A model generated the notes under the pieces. That model was not told the origin of the DNA. It ran no database searches and saw only the letters and a list, made by a program, of their open reading frames with translations. A program made the translations under genes and the position numbers. Shown one piece after another: positions 55,061 through 64,000 of a stretch of 64,000 bases of DNA; within the stretch, counting starts at the first letter, position 1; every line of letters starts with the position of its first letter. The stretch comes from Octopus sinensis. Lineage: Eukaryota. Location: NCBI RefSeq assembly GCF_006345805.1, contig NC_043003.1, positions 95,480,001 to 95,544,000 of the forward strand, read 5' to 3'.

Positions 55061-55979
55061 TCAGATTTGCGTTCCAGGATACATGTACAATTCAGCCTAT
55101 TTGAGCGTAAGTTAACATTTACTTATTTTTCTTCTACTATCATGACTTTTGTTTGTTTGTTTTTTTTTATGGTTGAAATAAAGACCATGTGCATTTGACA
55201 CCTTCTAACACAGTCTGCTGTTGAATGCACATTCAGGAATAAAGCACATAATAATGACTGGCAGTCACATCAATCAAAATGTAGTGTAGATATTTCTATT
55301 TCAAGACATTTTATTTCTATTGATCAGGTTGATAGATTCCAAAAAGTTATAATCCAATTAGCAAACATTCATTTCAAACATTTAGATGTGTAATCATTAA
55401 TGATTTTGAGAAAAACATGAGCCACAAAAAAATCTCATTTTTATTGCATCTATGACTATGAGACTATTTATACTTGGAATGTCAAAATTAAGAAGCATGT
55501 CATATATGTGTGTGTGTGTGTGTGTGAGGGGAGAAAGAGAAAGAATGTGTGTGTGTGTCTCCATGTTTTAACATCATGTATAACAGTAACATCGCTTGTT
55601 ACTGTCATACAAGTGAAGCCCTTCGTTTTCAGCCTTCCATGAAAACATGCCCAGCCATGGAGAAATATTACCTTACATAGAAACAAGTAAAAGGTGGCAA
55701 TAGGAAAGGCATCCAGCTGTAGAAAATGTGCTTTAGTGACGTCTGACCACCCCATGTTAACAAAGAATGAGAAAGTGGCCATTAAAAAATAATGATGATG
55801 ATACATAAGAGAGAATCAAAGATGAATAACTGTTTGTCATTAATGATCGCCCTCTGCATTCTTTGTATTTACAGTCAGTCTATCACCTGAAATACATAAG
55901 TATGCTTGATCCTCAATTAATCTTATTTATTAGAATCATATACAAATATTGGTCAGAAAATGAACCAACAGGATTCATC

Positions 55980-56490
55980 AACATCATTGCTTAATGTCCG
56001 CTCTCTATGCTAGCATGGGCTGGACAGTTTGATATGGAGCAGGCTAGCAGGGAGCTGTTCAGACTCCAACTGTCTGTTGTGGCATAGTTTGTATGGCTGG
56101 ATGCCCTTCCTAAGCCAACCACTTAGCAGAGTGTGTTGGGTTCTTTTTACATGCCGCTGGCACTGATGCATTTATGCAGCACTGGGGTAGATGCATTAAC
56201 ACATCACTGGCACGTGTGCTTTTAAGTGGCAGCAGCACCTGAAAGGACAAGCCTGTATGTGTGGAAGACAGCAACTCTACTTAGCTTGACATGCCTTATC
56301 AAATACAGTAAATCGCCACATCTCCCAGTCCCTTGTTATTTCTTCAGTGAGACCCCCACATCTGAAGATCCTTTCTCACCACTTGGTCCCATGTCTTCCA
56401 GGGTCTACCCCTTCCACTGGTACCCTACACAATTAGAGCTCACACTTCTTTTTTGATGCAATGGTCCTCATCAATATGCATGTATCATAT
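55980..56490 (-). mobile_element. Decayed RTE 3' end
   Basis: Homologous to 7200-8030. Confidence 0.65.
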
Positions 56491-57530
56491 ATTAATCCAT
56501 ACACAGGATTATATATTAATATCTGTGCAACATGGTTTTTCATGGGTATGATGTATTTTATTAGTAAATTTCAGTGTAACATTACTAAACTTTTTTTTAT
56601 ATCCTCCAAATATTTTTGTTTTAGCACTTCTGATACCAAGCCACCAGAGAACATCCCTGGTTCTACATTATAAACTTCTTGTTTTAAAAATCATCTGAAT
56701 TAAAACCATTCATTAAATCTTCTTGTTCCACACCCAGCATAATGACAATAAGGTTATTTTATAAAACTCTTCACTATTTTCAAAATTAATTGAAACACAA
56801 GCAGTGTATATCAACAAAAGCAAGGTAACATAAGGATTGAATTAGAGTCTGATACATATTTCACATGTATATTTAAGTTAAAAATTTATGCATAAAGCAT
56901 AAAGAGGAAAATCGAAAAAACAAAACGCAGCCAGTTTTTTTTTTTTTTCTCCCCTCATTGTTTAGTTATCAAAATATACTTCATCAATCACTACTTACTA
57001 GCTGAATAATTATTATTCAATTTCATAAGTCAAAATTTTTGATTTGTAGTTAGAAAAAAAAAAACCCAACCTTTCTTACAAAACAAAATAAAGAACAGGA
57101 AAACTATTAACGATTATATATTAAATCCATAAAGTCTGTTTACAGTGATGAGAATAATCTATTTTGGGTTATTTTTGCTATCATTTATGCCAAGTTAATT
57201 GATCCATAAATCACAAACCAACATAAAGACTCAAGTTTATCTCCAGTTCATGGTTTTGCTTACAAGTATAATGTAAATTATTGTCCTGGGGTTAATGTTG
57301 TATGTAATTCAGTAATTGAATAACTGTAAGTATATTCAGTTAGAAAGACTGATTAAACAAATACCATCAAGGTTAGCAATATTTCAACATACATAGTATT
57401 AGAGATCCATTACAGTGAACCTTGCCAGTCAGTTTCACACTGGATATTAGGTAAAAGGACACCTATCTAATACATGTGCCCTTTAGAGATGGCAGGTAAA
57501 TAAATACATACATGCATGTATGAATGTGGG

Positions 57531-57577
<47 letters not shown>

Positions 57578-58684
57578 CATATACACACATATACAGAGGG
57601 AGGAGGAGAGGGTGAGAGAGACCAGACAGAGATAGAGAATAAATGACTGAAGGGTCACTAATGCTGCACAAGCACTTCATTCTTAAGTGAGTGATTCAGT
57701 CTACCTAGCAGACACTCCGCAATGCAGTAAATTGGTACCATGAGGATGAAGCAACTTAACAAACATCAGTTTGAAGCAATTTATAATTGACAATTGTTTA
57801 TGGAAGGTCAACTCTATTCCTAGTTTAGTGAAAGATGAGCGTTATAAAGCTGTTTGGCTCAAGGTACACAACTCCTTGCCTTTGGCAAACTACATTTTGC
57901 TCTAGACATACTACATGAAGACAAATTCTTTGATGATGCAACTAAAAGCTTGCAAGTTAGGGAACACACAGCACACATTTAAAAATAATGATATTATTTC
58001 ATATATATATATATATATATATACACATACATATATATGTGTTTGTGTGTGTATATAGATATTTTATATTTAGAAATCTACGCACCAAAAATTGGAATTG
58101 AATATTTTTCTGCTGTTAAACAACTCATTGATTGTATTTTGGAAGATAATCCTGGCAAATGATAATTTCAAATAAATCAAAATATATTTCATTCTGTACA
58201 CACTCAGAGTTGTAATTATTCAATTTTTGGACTGATAATGAATTTAAAGAAATAATAAAGACTATGGCAGGAAAATATTTGAAATAAATGCAAAGAAACA
58301 AAAGGTGAGAAAACAAAGAGTGATTGCAAGTAGAAAAACATTAAGAAATTTCAGACTATTGGTTAAAAACTGTATTTAAGGAAATAGTTTTAAAGTATGA
58401 TAAGTATTTCAATGAAAGGTGATCAAGCAATTCTGGAACTTAACTACATATATTGGTTAAGATTAGAAAATTAAAGATATCTGAAGAAATTTAAATGCTC
58501 TGAACATAAATTGCTATATTTCTAACTTTGGGGTGACTAGAAACTGATATTTGTATTTGTTTATGTATATTTGTATGCATAATAGTGGTTTTATCTCTAA
58601 ATTATATTTTATATATTTATATTGTGAAATTTGATTTAATACTAAATTGAAATTTTCCCTGTAAGTTTGGAGTTATACTCTCTA

Positions 58685-58735
<51 letters not shown>

Positions 58736-58804
58736 ATACTGATTTATATTACACACACACACACACATATATATACATATATACTTATATATTTATATTA
58801 CATA

Positions 58805-58839
<35 letters not shown>

Positions 58840-59744
58840 TTATATAAATATTTACTGCTTTATTCTAAAATACACTAGATAAATAAAATTATTATAATCC
58901 TAAAGACTTGCAAGGTATGGAAATACTGGCAATGTTTCAAGACAAATGCCTCAAGCATTTTAATCTATTTTCCTCCAAAATTCTGCACTGCTAGAATATT
59001 GCATCAAACTTGAAGTCTTTCTTTATAGATGACTGAAACTATTTTTTGCTCTTTTTTTTTCCTGTTTTTTTTTTTTCGTATGAGTGGGATATAGATTAGT
59101 AAATGAAAAAAACAATGCCACAAGGAAAGAGAAGAAGATTTAACAGGAATAAAGTGAATAGAACAGTAAAAGACATATAAAACAAATAAGGTTAGTTTAA
59201 GGACATTCAAGTAAATATCAATATGATATAGGAAATTTTGGTAAATTTTTACATATTTCAAAGAAAAAGGGGGCAGGATGTGTTCAATTCACTGACTTAA
59301 CATTCTAATAATAAAAATATAATTTCACAACGAGTTTGAGAAAATGCAACAAATTTGTGATACCAAGGTAGATCATCCATTCTAAATCTACTTGAGATAG
59401 ATTAAAATTTGAAACTAGCTATTCAACAAACTTTAAATAGAAAGAAACAGACCTGGTTTCAGTAAATAATACTGCTGCAATTACAAGATAAAGAACATTT
59501 TCTGGCAATAGACACAAATATAAGGATGTAAATCTTATTGTTATATATATATATAAAATATATATATATGTATGTAATACTATGCTGATGTATAAACATC
59601 ATAATATATGATATATCCATGGTATTTATGTTTTCTGCATTTTTACTATTATATATATATGCATATATATATGTATAAATAATTTATTTTATTTTATTTT
59701 TATTTCATCTAGTTTCAGCTCACGAGCTGTGGCCATGCTGGGGC

Positions 59745-59792
<48 letters not shown>

Positions 59793-60019
59793 AATCTTTT
59801 TTTTTTTTCAGAATGATGATTTATACCTTGCTACCAGCAGTTATTTTAGAAAATTTCACAAGCAATTAGTTTAATAAATGAAAGACTATAAATTTTATCT
59901 TGTTTCTACTCTTTCTTCTGTTTTCAATTTCAATTGGTTTAATAAAACAAATTTATTCTATCTACAGCTTACTTTTTAATAAAAGCATGTACCAAATTTA
60001 TAATTGCAATAGATCACCT

Positions 60020-61950
60020 ACAAATTGGGACAAACACCCAAGCCAAATAGACTTCATACTCACCAGAAAAATAAAAAAAGAATTGACAGCATGTTATGAA
60101 TATGAGGTGTGTACCCCATCATTCAACATAGACTAATGACATCAAGATAACAGCTAGATGAACTTAAAGATGCAAATGCAAAACAATATGGGAAAGGAAG
60201 ATATGAAAGCTGAAAGATCCAATGACCAGACACAGAGTCAAAGAAGTATTAGTTCAGTGGGTCTCATGGGGTTCTAATGGAAGGATGCTGGGGATTATTG
60301 AAAAGGGAGAAAACTGTTACATTTAATGGTTTCTAATTTAGGCACAAGGCGAGCAACTTTTGAAGGGAGGAGGTTAGTTGATACTACTGGTCCCAGTTCT
60401 TGATTGCTATCATTTTACCAATCCCAGAAGGATGAAAGGCAATGTTGAACTTCACAGGATTTGAACTCAGAACATCAAAAACTGAAAGAAACACTGCAAA
60501 GCATTTCTTCTGATGCTCTGATTCTGCCAGCTTGTAGCCTTTATTTACTTGTTATAATTAATATGTTTAATATTAATATAATACTTGTTATACTTAATAA
60601 AACTTAAGATGTTTTATACGTTTGTCAAATATTACAGTGATAAAAGAATTATATGGGTACAAATTATTGAGAAGGATTAGCAAAAAATATTTTCACCAAA
60701 ATTTTTGGTGGGATGATAGAGGGCATGCCAGTTTGAGAACCATTGTATGTAGGTGGACATGGATGGCAGGAGGAGAAGATTTGTAACATAGGGGACAATT
60801 GGAAGTTCCTACAAAACAGCCAGCAGACCAGATCTGGGGACCAAGCAAGTATTACACCAGAAAAAAAATTGACATAGTGGTAGAATGATATATTAAAAAG
60901 AACCATAAAAGCCAAGAGACAGGACTGGAAAAAGTGAAGAGGAAGGAACAATTTCAGGTAGTTAAAAGAGAAGCTAGCCATCTGGTATATGTAGCACAAA
61001 AAGAAGCTGAAATTATGTCCTGCAATAAGAGAAACAGAAGTGTGAGGTGTTCCAGATTTCTTTGGTTAAAATTGTGTGTTAGACTAATAGAAATGTACTT
61101 GCCATCGATACTGACAAGAAGAGGCATGGAAATGTTATCTGGAAATGTTGCTGAACACAGAGCATGCCTGAGTGAGATGAACCACTCAAAGTAGACCCAA
61201 GAGAGGAGCCAAGTAGTGAAATTGACAGTTATATATAAATAAGGATATAAAGGCAGGAAAAGAAGTTCAGATGTCGCAAATATCTGGTGAATCAAGATAC
61301 ATGCTTGTCATTCACATTATTGATCAGGTAGGATAGGAAGGTGTCATTCTAATGACTAGCATAGCAGTTAGCCACATGAACTGCTAAAAAATATGGGCCT
61401 TGAATATGGAGGCTGAACAAGGGCTGGGAAAGAATTAGGTGAGCATGACCTGCTGGATGTGTTCATTTATTGCCAGGTCAACACTGGTCATGCACACCTA
61501 CAATTAATGGAGTTTCACCTGTAACTAGTTTTTGGATATCTTTTTGCTCTAGCAGGGTTTGTTTTGAAGGAATTTAGCTTCAATTTTTAGCAAGTCAAGC
61601 AACCAAGTAGAGCTCACATGTCAGATGTATATCACTGTGCATGAATGATAGAATGCAAATAAGCTGAGAAAAAACCCCAAGTGTACTATTAATTAAATTT
61701 AGTTTGGAAGAGGAAAGCTGCATTGGAAAGATCTGTCATGTATATGGAGAATGACAACTGGATAAAGAGGTGCCAAGTGGTTTAAGTGAAAAGAACTTGT
61801 GGAAAAGGAAGACAGGAGAAGGGATTATGAAAGCTGATCTCAGGTGGCTGAACTTGTACATAGGTAATGACAAAGGACTGCCAGAAGTTGCAACAAGTGG
61901 TGCTAGAGGAAACCTAACAAGCTCATGCAAGCATGGGGAAGAGTTTAAAT
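60020..61950 (+). mobile_element. Highly decayed RTE copy with internal insertions
   Basis: SQIDFILTR, WKLKD-like, KREA..LVYVAQKEAE and 3' RT remnants, collinear with 5020-7420. Confidence 0.65.
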
Positions 61951-62746
61951 TGATATTAAAATTATGAGGAATGAAAATATTGATAGATTTTAATGGAAAA
62001 GAAATTAATCATTCTGTAAGACAAGTAGAGAAGATTCTATAATAATATTTCTCCCCCCAAAATTCTAAAATGAAACCTCAGACATTTACAAATGCAGTTC
62101 TCAAACTAAATGACCCTCTGCTTTACATTAACTGACAGCCAACATAACTCTGAGTTTTAGGGGAATGCAAATAACCTAATAAGTAAATCATGTTTTTTGC
62201 TTGTTTTCTTATATTATTTTTTACATCTTAATTTCTCAAAAGTTACTTAATTTAAGAATAATTTCCAAAAGTTACAAGTCATTAGAAACTGGTAAATTTT
62301 TGCTTTGTTAAATGCAAAGTGAAGATTTACAAACTCTGGAGACATTAGATAGTTAAGTGTAATTACAGTTTTAACATACCCACAATTTAATAATAGAATG
62401 TTTTTTAATTGCTTAATTGGTGTGTGTGTGTGTGTGCACGTGCACATGCATTTGCGCGTGCCTGTGTGTGTGTGTGATTTTACATTAAATTTAAGAAATG
62501 TGTCACAGATGTATTTAGTTCTAAAAGAAATTAATCAGAGCTGAAAATGTGTTCTCAAAATCATTATCATTATTATTTGAAGGGAACATATAAAGAACAA
62601 ATAAGAGAGGTTTTTCACAATATCATTGAACTAATATCATACTATTTATCTACCAGTGCCATTTATTGATTATTTTCAGTAACTAGTTTTTTAGTGACAT
62701 TCATATTAATATCGTAACATAATTTTGCAAACATGCAACCTTATAT

Positions 62747-62796
<50 letters not shown>

Positions 62797-63313
62797 TGCA
62801 AAAATCAACAATCTATTCAAAGTCATAAGTCATAAAAAGAACGTAGAAATATGGTTAGTGTAAGGGCAGCATAAAAATATTCTTTATTATACCGATACCA
62901 GTTTCCAGCAGCAAATACAAAAAAAAAGTACCAGAAAACAAAAAGATTGTATATAAAAAAATAAACAAAATACTATATGTGTTGCTGACAAAAGTAGAGA
63001 CAAAGACATAGATAAACCTACTGGAATATTCAAGGACTGGAATGTGCTAAAATACCATTTCTTGGATTGTTTTAATAAGAATAAACAACATTGGCTCTAA
63101 TTATTAATTCACCTCCCAGTCCAATAAATTTCAACACACACACGTACACATATACATACATACATATATATACACACACATAGTCAACCTATGAGATCCA
63201 GAGATTCTCAGTATAGAAAACACTTAATAGCACTCAAATGATTCTAACTCTGATGTCTTTACGGGGGACCAATTTGTATATCAAACCCATGCTGTTATTT
63301 ATCTGCATAATTG

Positions 63314-63374
<61 letters not shown>

Positions 63375-64000
63375 ATATATATATATATATACACACATAT
63401 GAGGTGTAATGTGTTTAAAGTTTGTATGCATTTGAGAAAAATAACTTCAATTCCCTGATACAAAAGACTTCCTTTGGAAAGTGAGAAAAGTGAGAAAAGG
63501 TTTTACATCATTCTTAGTCCACAAGGTCAGTATCTAAGGAAATAAAGACAATTTTGGTGCATTCGTGTTAATTAACAAGCACGATAAGCAAGAGAAGACT
63601 TTGCATCCTTTCACACCAATACCTAGAAGGAATTGAACCCTCCTCCCAACTACATCTCTGCATGGATTTAGAATGAAGAGAACCTTTTACCATTCCCCAA
63701 AGAAGGAATTGGTCTAAAACACAAGAAACTCTTCTAGCAATAAAATACCACTTTAACTAACTTTAACTTTACCAATAAAGATAGCTACTAGTGTTCTTGG
63801 ATTTTAGTCTCTTAACCCTTTCGTTACCGTATTTATTTTGGGATGCTCTATGTCTTTTTCAATTACTTTAAATATAACAAAGAATTTAGTAAAATAACTA
63901 AGTTATCATTCAGCTGGTGTTAGGAACATAAATTGTGAGTAAGGTTTGGTGGAAGATTTTAATTCAAAACTTATGAAAACAAGACATTTATACTCAGAGC

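Noticed and set aside
55840-55886. Phase-1 acceptor giving a short stop exon (GDRLTVNTKNAEGDH*)
   Set aside because: Only a splice-like site supports it, with no homology, so it could easily be chance.
52322-64000. N-terminal FAM135 exons
   Set aside because: I found none that I could support; they probably lie beyond the window.

Overview
Repeat-rich, AT-rich animal genomic DNA. The SINE and LINE repertoire suggests an octopod cephalopod; this is inferred from recalled repeat families, not from a database search. Two genes converge here. On the + strand are the last two coding exons of a PUM3/Puf-A-like gene (1-682). On the - strand is the 3' part of a FAM135-family gene: nine GT-AG exons from 52321 to 10210 that splice in frame and encode a long Ser/Glu-rich linker followed by the C-terminal alpha/beta-hydrolase (GHSLG) domain. 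The introns and intergenic DNA hold a near-full-length but frameshifted RTE LINE with a PHD-like finger inside its RT region, decayed RTE and BovB-like copies, three tRNA-derived SINE families, hAT and piggyBac-like MITEs, Helitron-like elements, two HERO/R2-type 3' fragments, a six-unit array of an RTE 3'UTR, and mini- and microsatellites. The most striking unannotated signal is a set of small hammerhead-ribozyme motifs in Penelope-like termini. The 3-8 tertiary pair appears as C-G, G-C and A-U in different families. There is also a non-circularly permuted hammerhead-like fold in a HERO-type 3'UTR. All RNA structures were paired by eye and none has been tested for activity.
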